NCBI GenBank assembly: GCA_965153455.1
Contig: OZ234493.1
Span: forward strand, 27,456,213-27,520,212
DNA: 64,000 bases
DNA from: Sphagnum compactum
Lineage: Eukaryota
Reading direction: 5' to 3'
The notes beneath the pieces were generated by a model. It saw nothing but the letters and a program-made list of their open reading frames with translations. It was not told where the DNA came from and searched no databases. This document shows, one piece after another, positions 44,161 to 57,775 of the stretch. The position numbers were made by a program, and so were the translations under genes. Position 1 is the stretch's first letter. The number at the start of each line of letters is the position of its first letter.

Positions 44161-47100
44161 TAGTGTTGGGTGGTTATTAACTGTTTTGATAACTAGTTGA
44201 TTTGGTTTTTTAAATTTCAATAAAAAAGAGGTTTTATTAAATTAAAAATCTATCAATTTAAATTACCTTATCAAAAAAACATTCCTCATGCCAAATTGGT
44301 TTTTTCACAATCAAATTTTATTTCATTCATATTAGTCTATTATATTTAACTAATTCTTTAACATCAATTTGAAATTTTAGAATTAATATTAAAAAGATTA
44401 TAAAATTTCAAAAATTTCGTTGGCCAAGAAGAAAACCCAACAAACTTCATTACAAAGAACCACTGTTTTAAATAAAACTTAATTTGGAAAAAATCACAAG
44501 ATTAATTTTTTTTTCCACCCATCTAATCTATTTCATAATCTATCAATTTTACCAAATTAAAGGGAACCTTATAATTGGTTATTACATCATTTGGTCAATT
44601 TTTAATCACAAAGATTAATTTCTCAAAGTTATGTGATTGCAACTGACAATTCTTCAAATTGGTGGGTACTAGCAAGAGAAAAAATTCTTTTAATTTCAAT
44701 TTGAAATTAACCTATAATCCCCAATAATTGTCAAGTTTAAAATCCAACAATTGGGAACATTTTTCCTCCACCATTCCAAAGGCCATTTGATGTCTTTTGC
44801 ATCCATGTGATGTCTTTAAAACATCATCAATTTTCAAGAAATAAGCTCTTTCACAAGTTCACAAATGTTTATTACCATTTCAAAGATGTCCAAATTGGTA
44901 TATTTATCAATTTTCTAAACAAAAGAACTTTCAACCTTAGACAATGGGTGCAAATGATGATAAGATTTCAAGAACATAGGAAACAATGATACCATATCAT
45001 ATTCTTTAGTTATGACCACCCCTTGTTCATGACTAATACAAGAAATTAAAATCAATTTCAAAATTTTGAAACTTAGATATAACATATTCTGAGTTCTCCT
45101 TCCATCATGGAGGGGACAATAGTAACAAAAAAAAGAGAATACATGAATAAAAATATAGGGTGCAATATATTGGTTGTTGGGTAAAATTATAAGTTAATTA
45201 GTTTAAAAATAGGGCACATTTTATTCAAATAATCAATTTAATATAATAGAATGTATGTAATAATATGAAATAGTGGATTACAATTAATATAGGGTGGTTT
45301 TAATATGTACATAATAGGGTGATAAAAAATAGGTTGGACAATTATCTAATAACCCCCCTAAAAATGGTTGTTTGATGCACATAGATCCCAAACTTTAAAC
45401 AAAGTGTTCCCCCTTGGGCCTCTCATCATATTTTGTTAAGAAGGAAATGAAAGAATCAATGACCCCACAAACATCCTTCTTTATGTTCTTGCAAAAGTCC
45501 CCAAATCAATATCTAGGCTTAAATAATCATTAATCAAAACATGATCCAAAGCATGAGGATTATTCACTTTTTCCTTTAACTTAACATTCATGGATATGGT
45601 TGTATTCAAGGCATCATTCAAAAACTAGTGACCCTTTGATTCGTTTAAAACACAAGCAATGATAACAAGAAACAAATTAATGTTTGTAATAAACATATGC
45701 CATGTGAGAAGAGGGGGGTAGACGACCAATGACCCTAGGACCAATTTGCCTACCATAACCTATGACAATGATTTCTCAAAATTGAAAAACTTATTGAAAC
45801 ATGATCACTTTGTTTGCAAATATGCACAAATCAAATCTCCAACCATAAAGCAAAATCATGTAGTAACAAAATTCAAAACAATGGAAAAAAAACAAAAAAA
45901 CAAAAAAAATGTCAACTTGCATTTCACCTTGTTTTGATTAATGTATTCAAATTTTTCAGCTTATTAAAACCTATAGTAATACAAGGTTTCATCCATTCTT
46001 ATTTTCCTTTCTTTGATTGTTTAAGCCATGTTATATTTTTTTGCAAACTGCTCTAAGCAGATTTGATGGAAACATATTTCAAACCCATGTGCATTTTTTC
46101 ATCAGCAGTTGCATATTGACAAACCTTAAAGAAGGCATGTCCAAAACATGTGCCTTGAAAACTTTTGCCACACCCAACTTTGACAATTGACATTGATTTT
46201 AAAGTATCTATCATGGTACTTGAACTTGATGCATCATCCTTGACATAAACAAGGATTAATTTGATCAATCCATATTTTTGTAAGTGGTCTTGCAAATTTC
46301 TTGCCAATGTTTCAAACAAGTCAATTGTAATATGTTTTGGCACCAAAAATTTTCCTAAATAATTCACAACCAATGCAAAAAATCATGTCCGAATTTGGAC
46401 ATCTAAAGATCAAAACTTGTAGTAGTAGAAACATAATCTATTAAAACTAGTAAGACAATATATTTATTTTGTTTTTTCAACTAGGTTTAATAACACTTGT
46501 TGACCAAATTTTTAAAAATGGAATAAACAACATGAGGGGCACACAACTACATTATCGAACATTTCAACTAAATATTTTCAACAAATTGAATGTGCAAATG
46601 GTTTTTAACAACAAGAAGACCCAAATTTTTCAAAAAATCTTTTTGATGCACATTATCCTTTTTGAAAGGATCCATGCCCCCCCAAAAAATGGAGATTAAT
46701 GGTGGTATTTGAAATAACACCATGCGCAAAACTAGATGCAACACTTGAACAAAAACAAAGAAGGGGTTAATGGTAGTACTTAAGAAAAAACACCATGTGT
46801 AACATTCTAGCAACACCTTGCAACATTCACAAAACATTGACATTACCACAAACCACATTAACAACACTCAAACATACATTGGCAACACACAAAAAACACT
46901 AATAATAACATTTAAGAACACCTTAAAAAGCCTTGCAATGCCCAAGCAGCACTGAAAATGCTTGAATAACATCAGCAACACTTGTAGCATCTCAAATAAC
47001 ATTAATAACACTTAAGCAAAATTGATAGCACCCACAACACACAAAACAATGTGTAAAACACTTGAGTAGCATTTATAGCACATATGAACAATGTCTACAA

Positions 47101-47903
47101 CAAACATAAACAACATGAAAATGCTTTGTTGACAACACACATGAACAACACCAAGAACCCAAGAGTAATTTTGAAAGCCCATAATTAACCCAAAAACATG
47201 AACAACATTAGTGTCCATGAAACAAAAAATTTGCTTCCAACAACTACAATTGGTATTTACAACCCAAAAAAAATGAAACATTTGAATAATGCCCCAAGAA
47301 AAAAAAACCTTATAACAAAAAACAAGAAAACAACAAGCTGGAGCAAAATGAAAAAAGAAGAAGAACTTGCAAAAAAACAAAAAAAGGACCCCAACAACAT
47401 TTGCAACAATGAAAAAATAGATTAAAAAACAGAGCTCTCCATTAAGAATAAGAAAAAACAACTAATGAAGAACTAATCACTAGTCATGCAAATTGAAACA
47501 AGCAAACAAGCAAACAACTACATGAAATAAGAAGTTGTTGAACTTCTTATTTTTTGCTCCCCATGCGAGATGAACATCACCTCTAGCTAGAGCTATTTCT
47601 TGTAATTCAAACCCTAAATAATTGCTTCACCTAAACATATATAACCTATGATCTAATACCCTACCTCTAGGCTCCTTATATATCCCCAACCCCAAAGAAT
47701 TATACCCATGGGTTATCCATAAAACCTACTTGAATATGAAAATTTTAAATTTTTTATGAAAAACCATTTCTTTTAAAAATGATACCCTAGTTTCCAATTA
47801 TCAACTTGGGTAGCACTCTAATGATACCATCTAGTTTTTATTGAGAGAACCACTTGATAACTAACCTAGTTCGCAAGGGCAAATTGATACCCCCCAAACA
47901 TTG
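44161..47903 (-). mobile_element. Decayed hAT DNA transposon with degenerate TIRs and 8-bp TSD
   Basis: Ends TAGTGTTGGGTGGTTATT / GATACCCCCCAAACATTG (12/18 inverted); flanks GTCCAAAC / GTCCAAAA (7/8). Minus-strand transposase remnants 44800-46700 (PFKKDNVHQKDFLKNLGLLVVKNHLHIQFVE, KHITIDLFE, YVKDDAS, QGTCFGHAFFKVCQYA) homologous to those at 28030-28673; CAA-rich low-complexity block 46730-47500. Confidence 0.85.
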
Positions 47904-50163
47904 GTCCAAAATTTTATTGTTTTTTTGTTTGTAATATAATCCCATAAATGCATTTCTTCTTGGACCCAATTATGTATGTGCCATTGAGGGTGACTTTTCA
48001 AGTCCTCTTTGATGCTAAAATTAGTTTCTAGGGCTGATCTATCAATTTCTTACCCACCTACATTAGTTTCCAATCTACTTACTTTGCTTTTGTTCATGAC
48101 CTACCTAATTAGGTAGGACTTTACAACATACATATGGAGCTTTACACTTAGGAATGCATCTAGGGGGTACATTCTACCTTCTAGTTTGCCACTCATGATA
48201 CTCGTGGTGAAACAAACTAAAATATAGCACAAATGGTGATAGTTATCTTTTGCAATACAATATTCATTGACGTGAATTAATGGCCTTGGGTATATTCTAA
48301 AACACACCCTGTCATCACCTTATAAAACTCCACTTACCCGAATGAGAATTCAAATTATGCAATGTTCACCTTGCTTAACTCCATACACCTTAATGGGGGA
48401 ATTCAAATTATCCTATGTCAACATTGAATGTTTTCTAATTCCAAACAAGTAGTTGTTTATTGCACAACTAGACATAGCAAAAAAAAAGAATCATTCGCAT
48501 CAAGGATCAATTTTTGACTAGCAAAAACAAAATTTAGATTGATTGCTTATGAAATTGTAGGCATTTCACTTTGATAACATTATGTTTTGTTTTTCAACCT
48601 TTCATTGAAATGACTCCATCTCTCATTCAATTCAATTGATTCTTTTGAACTTGTTCGTATTTTCAAAACAAAAACTACACAAAACCTAATGTTAACTTGA
48701 GACGCCATCTTCCATGCACTTTTTAAACTTTCAAAAGATATAGTATCTTGGTGTTTTTTTTTGACTAATTAGTACAAGGTACTAATTGGAAATTTGTTGA
48801 ATTGTGAGTGTTCAAAATATCTACAAGCATATCTTACAAGTCTTGCATTTCATGAGCATCCTCGCATTTTATTTGATAAACTTTTTGATTTATAACCCTT
48901 CATGTTAGCATGTAACTTTGAGTTTTGAATATTTTCTTTCAGTAGGCAACTTTTTTCTCGTCTTCAAAATATTAAATTTGAAGTTTACAAAATGATTGGA
49001 GTGGATTATTGCTATGGTATATATATTGAATGACAATTAAATTCCATTTATTGAAAGGGTACCCCAATCTTAAATGTTGTTTTTCTTTATTCATTACATC
49101 TAATTTCGTAAATGCTTTGTTCTTGGAATAGGACTAGAAGAATCATTCATCCTTTAATACGATTCCATTTTTTTTGTCGAAGTTACATAAGGTAATTTCA
49201 AGAATTATTTTATTTTATAATGCATGTTAATTTGTACATTAATAGTTTGACTTCTCAAAGTGGGTACCACATTGATACAAAAGAATCAAAACTTTGGTTC
49301 TAAAGGTTGTTAAAATCAAAAGAAATGGTAATTTCAATTATACAGTGTCATTTTGAGGAGCATAAACGTATATAGGTAATTAATGAAGTTGTGTTGAACT
49401 CATGCAAATCCACAATATTCAGCATTGAAAAGAAATCCAAAAAATTATCAAGTTTGAAAATGTTTGTTAAGGGCAACATTACCAACTATAAGTTGGGATG
49501 TCATATTTGATAAGAGTCATTTCCCATTAAAAAAAAAGAAAATTATGAGAAATATTCATAGGCTAATCTTTTGAAAAAAAAATCTTAATATCTTAACATT
49601 TAATTTATTACTAATACAAGAGCTAATGTAGTCCCAATAAATAAGTTTTAAAAAAATTAAAAAAAATCATCCATCTAGTCACAAATGACATCAAAATGGA
49701 GTTCTGTGAAGGTGATATAGAAATAGGAATTTTACTTAATCTTTGGATAAACAATAAAAAAAAGAATGGATTTTTTAATTCAAATTTTGGATGGAAAGAA
49801 CAAACAAATAGGAAGACTTCAATTTTGGGATGGAAAGAAAACAGGAGTGACAAAGAGCTCAATTTGTTTTTGGACGGAAGCAAAAACTGAATTAATTTTA
49901 TTTATTTAATTTTCTGATGGAAAGTAAGAATGAATGTTTTATTCAAAGTTTTGAATGGAAACTAAAAAAATCAGTGAAATCATTTATTCACTTTCTGGAT
50001 GTATAGACAAGAAAAATAAGAATGACAAATTTAAGACTTCAATTTTTGGATGGAAAGATTAAGAAAAAGAAATGAAAATTTAAAAAGTTCATTTAACTTT
50101 TGGATGTTGGAAAGTAAAAAGGAATTGGGTACCTAATTTTGATTCAATTTCCAGGGTAATAAG

Positions 50164-50443
50164 AAGGGTTGGGCGGTTCTTAGACTCAGGGACAGATACC
50201 CACCGTTTATCAACCCAAGTACATATCCACTTACCCACCGGGTCTTAAGTTTTCAATTCACTGGTTTTGGCATATAACCGTAATTCTCACTTGTTCTGAA
50301 ACAAGTCAAAGAACCGGTCAAAGAGCCGACAGTTCTTTGAGGCTTTTTCAGACAACTGGAACCGATGATTCTTTTGATTCTGAACTATTTAAAGAACCGG
50401 AATCGGCGGTTCTTTACAACATTCAAAGAACCGCCCACCACTG
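50164..50443. mobile_element. hAT-type MITE (280 bp) upstream of the JASON-like gene
   Basis: Ends AAGGGTTGGGCGGTTCTT / AAGAACCGCCCACCACTG; flanks GTAATAAG / GTACTAAG (7/8 TSD); internal GAACCG motifs. Confidence 0.8.
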
Positions 50444-51300
50444 GTACTAAGTAAGATTCCCCCAGAACGTAAACAAAATTGGGGTCCCAAAATCGAGGTC
50501 CCACCAAATAACCACATCCGCAAAACCAACGTCCCAACTCCCAACGTCCCTTACGTCTCGAACTCGGCACTTCGAACGAGGGACCGCTCGTCGGCCCCTG
50601 ACACACACGAAGGGTACGTTCGGACGTTCCTTCCCAACGGTCTTGTCTCCGTTGGCTCGCTCCCTGCCTTTCGTTTCCTTCCGCGGAGGATCCACACGCT
50701 CTCTTGCTCGCTCGCTTTGCTTCCGCGCGGATCCACATGCATTGTCGTCTGGCAGCGATCGCATCCAGAGATTTACAGCTCCAGGATGCCAGCAACAACT
50801 AGTAGGTGGATCGCCAGTTTTTGAAAATTTTAAAACAGGCGACAGAACGAATGATTTTTCATGTGAGAAGTTTCGGTATCTTTCCAGTGCTTGTTTGTTC
50901 TTCTCGCAAATCTCCTCCTGTCTGTCCGTCTGCCTGTCAGTCTGTCAGTAGCATCGCTAGTCGTTCATTCGGAGGGATGATGGATTGTGATGATGCTCTT
51001 CTTCTCCCGCTGCTGCTTTGGCTATGATTAACTTTATTAGTCGAAGAAGGACTTTGTCGCCATGATTGTTAGTTCTGTAACCTGTTCCTTGTTATTGTTG
51101 TTTTTGGATTAGGTTCTTAATCATGCCCGATTTGGTAAAGGACATGGCAGCTGCGAGGTCAACTCCTGTCGCTCGCGCGCTCTTTCTTTCGGTGAACAGT
51201 ATACCTAGGTAGGAGGTATGCGTACGTAGTAAGGAGCTCTTTTCGTACTTGTCTTTTTTTGCCGTTTTTGAATTTGGAATTGTGATGACTCCCGCTACAA

Positions 51301-51543
51301 TCCTTCTTCTTCGTCATCTTCTTTTTCTTCTTCTTCTTCTTCATCGTCGTCGTCATCATCGTCTTCTTCATAATCATCATCATCATCATCATCATCATCT
51401 TCTTCATAATCATTATCATCATTATCTTCCTCTTCATAATCATCATCATCCTCACTTTCATCAACTTCGTCTTCATAATCATCATCATCATCATTTTCAT
51501 CATGTTCATAATCATCATCAGCTTCATCATCATCTTCTCTTCA
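51301..51543. repeat. Compound trinucleotide microsatellite (CAT/CTT/CGT/AAT)n
   Basis: ~240 bp of interleaved CAT, CTT and CGT triplets, probably in a 5' leader or intron of the JASON-like gene. Confidence 0.95.
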
Positions 51544-52704
51544 GCAGTTTAGGGAGTACAGAAGAAGTTTGTTTCGGTTGCAGGTGGTATTATTCTTCTG
51601 TTGTTTGAGTTGAGGATTTGACATTCCCAGTTCAAGTAATAGTTGTTGTTGCATCGGAGGATTTGCATTTCCAGCGGCATTTTTCTTCTTTCCGCTTTCT
51701 TCAAGATTGGTAGTCGATTTTTTGGGGCAAGCATTCATATCAGCTGATGTTGTTTGTTTTTGGGCTTCCAGTCTGAGTAGGACTTAGTTGTTGTTTTTGT
51801 CTATTCTCATATTTCTTCGTCTGCGGCGTGTTACGAGCATTGCCGACATGCAACTTGCGCTTTCCTCTTCTATTGGCCTCGTCTCTGGTCTATCAGGCCT
51901 TTGAGATTTCACAGATTTTGTGCTGTAGGTTTTTCTTTGCAGCTGTGTTGAAGTTGGAGGCTAGAAGACTCGGATACTACTGGTGAAGAAATCTTGGTTG
52001 GGATTGCTGGAATTTGGGAGCCTCAAAGTGGGACTCGGTTGCAATGTAGGAGGAGGATACAAAGGAGGGGGCTTTTCCTGAGAGATATGGAACTCATCAT
52101 GCAGTTGATGACAACAGTTGCTGCCTGTTGCAGCTCACGGATTTTCATCCTAGCTTTGTGATTAGAAAAAAGAAGGCCCGAGGCAGGCAGGCAGGTAGCG
52201 TTGGTGTATGTGAAGGTGGAAGAAAGTAATGGGCTGGCTATGGACTTGCCTTCGAGGAAAACATGGAGTTCAACCCTATCGAATTTGTGCAGGGAGATCA
52301 TCAGCTCATTCCTCAAGCAGTGTACATTCTCAGTCTGCCCTTCCTATGATGGGTTTCCACTCTCGATCAAAGACCCCCTGAGTGATGGAGCATTTTATGG
52401 GCCATCATCATGTGTTCTGTAGGTGGATTCAGAAGCAGCAGCGATTGTTTCTTTTGAATTTCCTGTCAGTGAAAAGAGGGAGCATGAGAGCAGATTTTCT
52501 CAGTAATCCCAATTTCTGTTGCAGGAGAGAATCTTTGGAAGTGGTGCCCTTATTTACCAGGAGTGCTGCATAAAAATGCTGATCTTAATTGGACGAGTTT
52601 CAATGTTGGTTTCTGCTTTTGCAACTGCCACCACATGCATTTTGCTTCTGAGATACAATCACAACCATGTTTCCTGACATCCATAGTTGCAAATGGTGTT
52701 GCAG

Positions 52705-55700
52705 GGTGGAGGGAGCTCCCAGTCAGATTCCTCAAGGTTCCAGCAGCATCTGTCTGTGCATCGCCCCAAACAAGGTTTGGAAAGCTGAATAATGCCTGTG
52801 AATAATGTCACAAGAAACAGTGCAGAGGATTGGAAGTAATGGTTGTGGAATGCAATCATAATACCTTGTTCTTCACTTGTCATTGAGCTCAATATTGAAC
52901 AATCTTGTGCTGAGGATTGCTACCAGACAATATGTCCAGTATTCTCTAAGTCACTGATTGACTGAATGGGTCCTTATGCGAGCATGTTCTTTCATACAGA
53001 ATCACAATTTGTATGTGACCACCTGTATCTGATTGATGAATTCTGCAAACATAGCTCTATTTGTGGGGTTTCTTAGCTAGCTCCTCTTGTTGGACTGGAA
53101 GATATGTTTTTGTGAAGAAGCATTGATTGGTAGTAGGATTTCAATTCTCAGGACAAAGGTCTGCAGAGAGCTTTAAGAGAAGAGCAGTGCAATCCAGCTA
53201 CAAATGTGGTGAGCCTGAAGGTGGTGGGAATACGATCAAGGTTCCTGTGTCATCTGTGAGCACCTGCATAAGCAGCAACACCCTGCTGAAAGCCTCAGAG
53301 GGCAGAACTGTTAGAAGCTTGCTTTCTGACGATGGGTCAAGCTTGCGATCTGATGTGGATGAACTCAAGGAGGAGCTTGCTGCACTTCGTCACAGGCTGG
53401 CTGCTGAAGAAGAAGAAGCAAAAAGACTTAGAGAAGAGGTATGGTGCTTTGTGCTTGATGTTTCCCATAAAGCCACATATCATTTTTGGATCAACTATAC
53501 AGCCTAGAACATAACTAACTTCTGTTTTCCACAGGTGAACTATCTGCGCTCCTGTGGTGTCCTTCACAAACCTGAAAATTGTTATCAGGCACAAGCTTCA
53601 AAAAGCAGGGAGACACTTTTTCCACAAGATTCGAAGCCCTTGTCAATCTGTGATGATGCTACTGACATGAGGAAGCAACAAAACAGAGATGGATCAGTCA
53701 AGCAGTTCCAAAGATGTTTCTCTGGACCTCTGAGTTGGACTGGCAGCTTAGATGAATCTCTCAGTCTACCCCGGGATGCATCCATTGGGTAAGTCCTGAA
53801 ACTCAGGAATATTTTCCAGATAGCTTCTGGGGGAGAGAAGTTGGGATTAACTGGTAGCAATTGAACTTGAAGCTTCATAAATTTTCCTTCTTCAGGTCTG
53901 TGGCTGCAGCAGAAGTAAATGGCCTGCAGCAAGTACATACAAAAGTTCTTCAGCCAGTTCACTCCTTCAAACCCCAATTTCAGCTCTACCACACATGGGA
54001 TGAACAGAACATACATTCAGAGAGGTCAAACCCCACCAGTGACAATGGACCAGATACGAAGATACTTGGAGGAATGGTCTCAAGGACTTCCACCTCAGGC
54101 CTGAGCTATAAGAACTCTTCACTCACAAGTACCAGTTTGGCTTCCTGGGCAATCCATGAAAAAGAGAATCTTCAAACCTTGCAGGTAAAACCTCTTTGAT
54201 GTAATGAATTTACTTCATGGAGAGTACCTCTCTGGAAGTGTAGAACTTCTGTTTGCTTGATCTGACATGTCTATATTTAATGCTCACAGGAAAATGGAAA
54301 GGTTGAGAGTTTGGGCTCCATCAATGGCACTACCCAATTAAATGAATCTACAGAAGTTCAATGGATTGAGGTTCGTGATGGCCCATGTCCCAGCAGCTCC
54401 TCAACAAATGTGAAGCTGAGTCCCGATTCTCTGAAAGATAATGCAAAGTCTCCCCATAAGTCATCACTGCAGATGTGGGGTGCTGTAGACAGTGCTGATA
54501 CCTTGCTAAAGGATCTGCAAAAAGCACGGAAGAGGCGACAAAGAAGGGTAGCACATCAGGAACCCATTGGAAGTCAGGCCAATGGCCGATCCCTGAGTCC
54601 TGTAAGCTCAAATCATGCCATACTTTCTGGTCCTTTTGAGGACCAGTCCTCGAGTGTGGTAGAATCATTCAACCGGCAGCAGCAAGCCCAACTGTCTTTG
54701 ACAAGTAGCTCACCCAGTAATGTAGGCAGCCTCTTTGGTACATCACGAAAGAGGTCCATGACATTCAGGTCTCGTGGATTCTGGCAACCACTATCACCTG
54801 TGAAAGAAGCGTTGTCTACAGAAGAAGTATCCTTGAGTAGCAAAAGTGAGGTAGAGCAGGTTTTGAGAAACCATGAAATGCCTTGCAGTGCTGGGGTCAT
54901 GTTGAGTGACAGCAATAGGAACCAAAGCTTTGAAACCTCTGCAGCTCCTGAAGACCCTGAAGCAGGAACTGAGAAGCAGCCTGAAGGAATCTTTGATGCA
55001 AATGGTCATGCACCTAGTAGGTTTGTAGGCAGCACAGACCTTGAACCTGTCCAGTGTGCCTCTCCATCCCCCTCTCCAAGAAAATGGTCTGCTTCCAGAG
55101 AACCTGACATGCTCTGTAATTTACCTGTTTCATCAAACACAGCACTTGGTTCTCCTGTTGTTGAACCAGAGCTTTTGAGCGGTGTCGAGGGAAAACTTGT
55201 GTATGCAGTGTTTGATAATGCTTTTGCTTCTGATGATGATGGAGAAGAGGTCATGCCCCTGCAGTGTGTCTCCCCTACCTTCACCCCAAAGAGAAAGCCA
55301 TCAAGAAGTGCAGTTTATCAGGCCACAGAATTCAAAAGAAATGAGCTGCCTTCACTATTGAATTCAGCTGAGTCTATGGGCAGCAGAGATCATGAACTTC
55401 TGCCAAAGTTTGAGAATCAGGTTATTCCTTTGCCATCAACAGCTAACAGCTCTTGCTGGACTTTGTCGCCTGAGAATATTGACTTCCATCCCAACATCGG
55501 TGATCAACAAGGCCATGCAGATGCAGGTACAGATGCTATGCAAAGCATCAATTGTATTCAGTTCGCAACAAAAGAGCAAGAGTCAATGCCTCCCAAGGAA
55601 ACAGACCCTGTGGGAAAGCAATGGCACCAGAATACAAGGCCACTGCAGGTCAAATCTGCAGAGAAGGAAGTTGCAAAGCAAGATTTCCTGTCTTATGTAT

Positions 55701-57177
55701 ATGACACTGATGAGAAGACAAAGACTCATGAGAAAGAATGTACAATCAAGATGCAGCAGGAGACGGAACAACAAATACCCATTGAGGACTGTAAGACACC
55801 ACCTACTTCTTTGGTCATGAGTCGAGTTCAATACTGGAACTCTGTGCACAAGTCTGCCTCAAGTGATGAAAAATCAAGCTCAGATTCCAAGAAAGGTCAG
55901 TGTCAATTGATGCTGCTTGCATTTATTCATATGGGAATTCTGTTTTGGTTGTAGAGCTTGGCTCCAGTTATGTATGCTGCAGAATGATCAAGCGTTCAGT
56001 ATGAAAAGACTCATATTCTCTAACTTGACCATGAAGAAGTTGAGCAAGATGTTTCCAATAGTAGTCTTACCTTCTTGCTCTTCTGAACTTATTCAAGGTG
56101 TCTGAGCTTGATGCCTGACAGTGCAATTGCTGGTACAATTGGCTCAGGTGGGCGGAAGAGAGATGGAAAGGAAGCCAGCATGGATAGCAGTGAGACAAAC
56201 AGTGTCTCCACCACCTTCTCTATAGACTTGGGTTGCTCAGAAAACTCTCCCATGAACTATGAATCATGCAGTGAATTTGAGGGTTCTGACAGCTACTATG
56301 AGTCATCTGCACAACCCTTGGTGGATGTAGATGGCACAGAGAAAGAAGATGGCTCCAGATGTTCTAGGGGTCTGCTGCTAACAACTCCTTCCAAGCATGC
56401 TTCAGTTTTTCAAGAGCAATCTGCTCCCTCAAGTGGCTCAAACAAGCAGAGTATGATGTTGTCGCAAGGCGACAGCAGTCCAAAGGGCAGACCTATATTG
56501 GGTGTGGTTCCAGCAGCCAATTGGGAGAACATTCTTGCCCAGTCCCCACAGCTATGGGATGGCAAAGGCGAACCAAATCTCACTCACAAATACAAGGAGG
56601 TATTCTACTACTGCTTGCCAGAAAAATCCTTTGCAATTCCTGGAATCTTTTGTTATCTGTTGAAACTGATGTTGGCAATTCTTACATTAGTGATAAAGCT
56701 CAGAGTTTTTTGCAACATTTAGCTATAGGGTATAGCCCACCTTCAGCTTATGGTTCTGTAAAGTGTGATTGATGTGGGACGGAGATGGTGGAACAGGATC
56801 AGAAAGTGAACTGGCATGGAACACCATTTGAGGTACGAGTTGAGCGTGCTCTTGCCAATCAGTCAGATGTGTCTCCCAGGTGCAATACTTACCAACCCTG
56901 CAGTTTTGGTTTGATCTTCCTATGTCTCCTCAAATTCTCGTGTTTGATCTTCCCCAGCATCAGATTCAATTTAAGAACAAACTTGCTCTGAAGAAACCTG
57001 GTGCCACTGCTGGAGGAGGCTATTTGGTTTTTTGCACTGAACTTTGAACATGAAACTTTGCCATTTCCATTTCTGGAGAGTTAATTTGGAAGGTTTTGTT
57101 TGTTGTGTGAATACAGGATGCTCTTTGGAGTAGTTTCCGCAAACTTGTCAGTACGAAGTAGCCTGGAGATGCGCTAG
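52705..57177 (+). CDS. JASON-family protein (plant-specific; meiotic spindle/organelle positioning in Arabidopsis); start codon unresolved
   Basis: Exons (52705-52774), 53152-53438, 53535-53788, 53896-54184, 54290-55895, 56148-56599, 56797-56879, probably 57117-57177; phases consistent. C-terminal signature RPILGVVPAANW..SPQLWDGKGEPNLTHKYKE|DQKVNWHGTPFEVRVERAL and N-terminal coiled coil ..LREEVNYLRSCGVL match JASON-family motifs; long Ser-rich disordered middle. First and last exons are uncertain. Confidence 0.85.
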
Positions 57178-57775
57178 CTATATCTAAACAAAACCAAGTC
57201 TTGCAGACAAGACACATCTTGTTGTCATATTTGAAAGCATTTGAAAGTAGTGCTCTCCATCTTTCAGATCATCACTTTTTGTATGATAAGATCACGAACA
57301 ATCTTCTTACATGCCTGTGTGCGGTGTGTGAAGATGATCCGTATGTCGTGTGAAGTTTTGAGATTCAAGGATTCCAGGATCAAAATTACTGAAATAATGA
57401 TTTTTTGAGCTGCTGCTTGCAGTAGCACCCACCACCACCTTCACAAGATGCTTACACTCAATCACTGAATGCTGAATTCTTTTATTTTGCTCATGTTCCA
57501 AATACATTGGTGTTTTGTCATTGCCATTTCCTAAGCTGTCACACAATAATGACAGAGCAAACACTCATTCACAACCTTCTTTCTTGAGCTCCATGAACCA
57601 CCACTACTGTATGTGCAGGCAAGATCAGACATCATCACAGCCAAGATCAGACACTACAGAGAAGATCAAGACAATTTGGGGGTGAGATTATGTTTCCAGA
57701 AACATGAACACAAGTGAAGCTTGCATGCATTTGCATGAACTTGAAATCAAAAACTGCACTTTGTCTTACTCTGCT

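Noticed and set aside
47012-47461. 149-aa hydrophobic minus-strand ORF
   Set aside because: Arises from CAA/AAA-rich low-complexity sequence inside the hAT element
48050-49500. Possible additional decayed transposase (MULE-like)
   Set aside because: Too degenerate; no diagnostic motif could be read with confidence
51159-51608. Poly-Met/Lys and poly-His ORFs
   Set aside because: They are translations of a compound CAT/CTT microsatellite with no sign of a real protein
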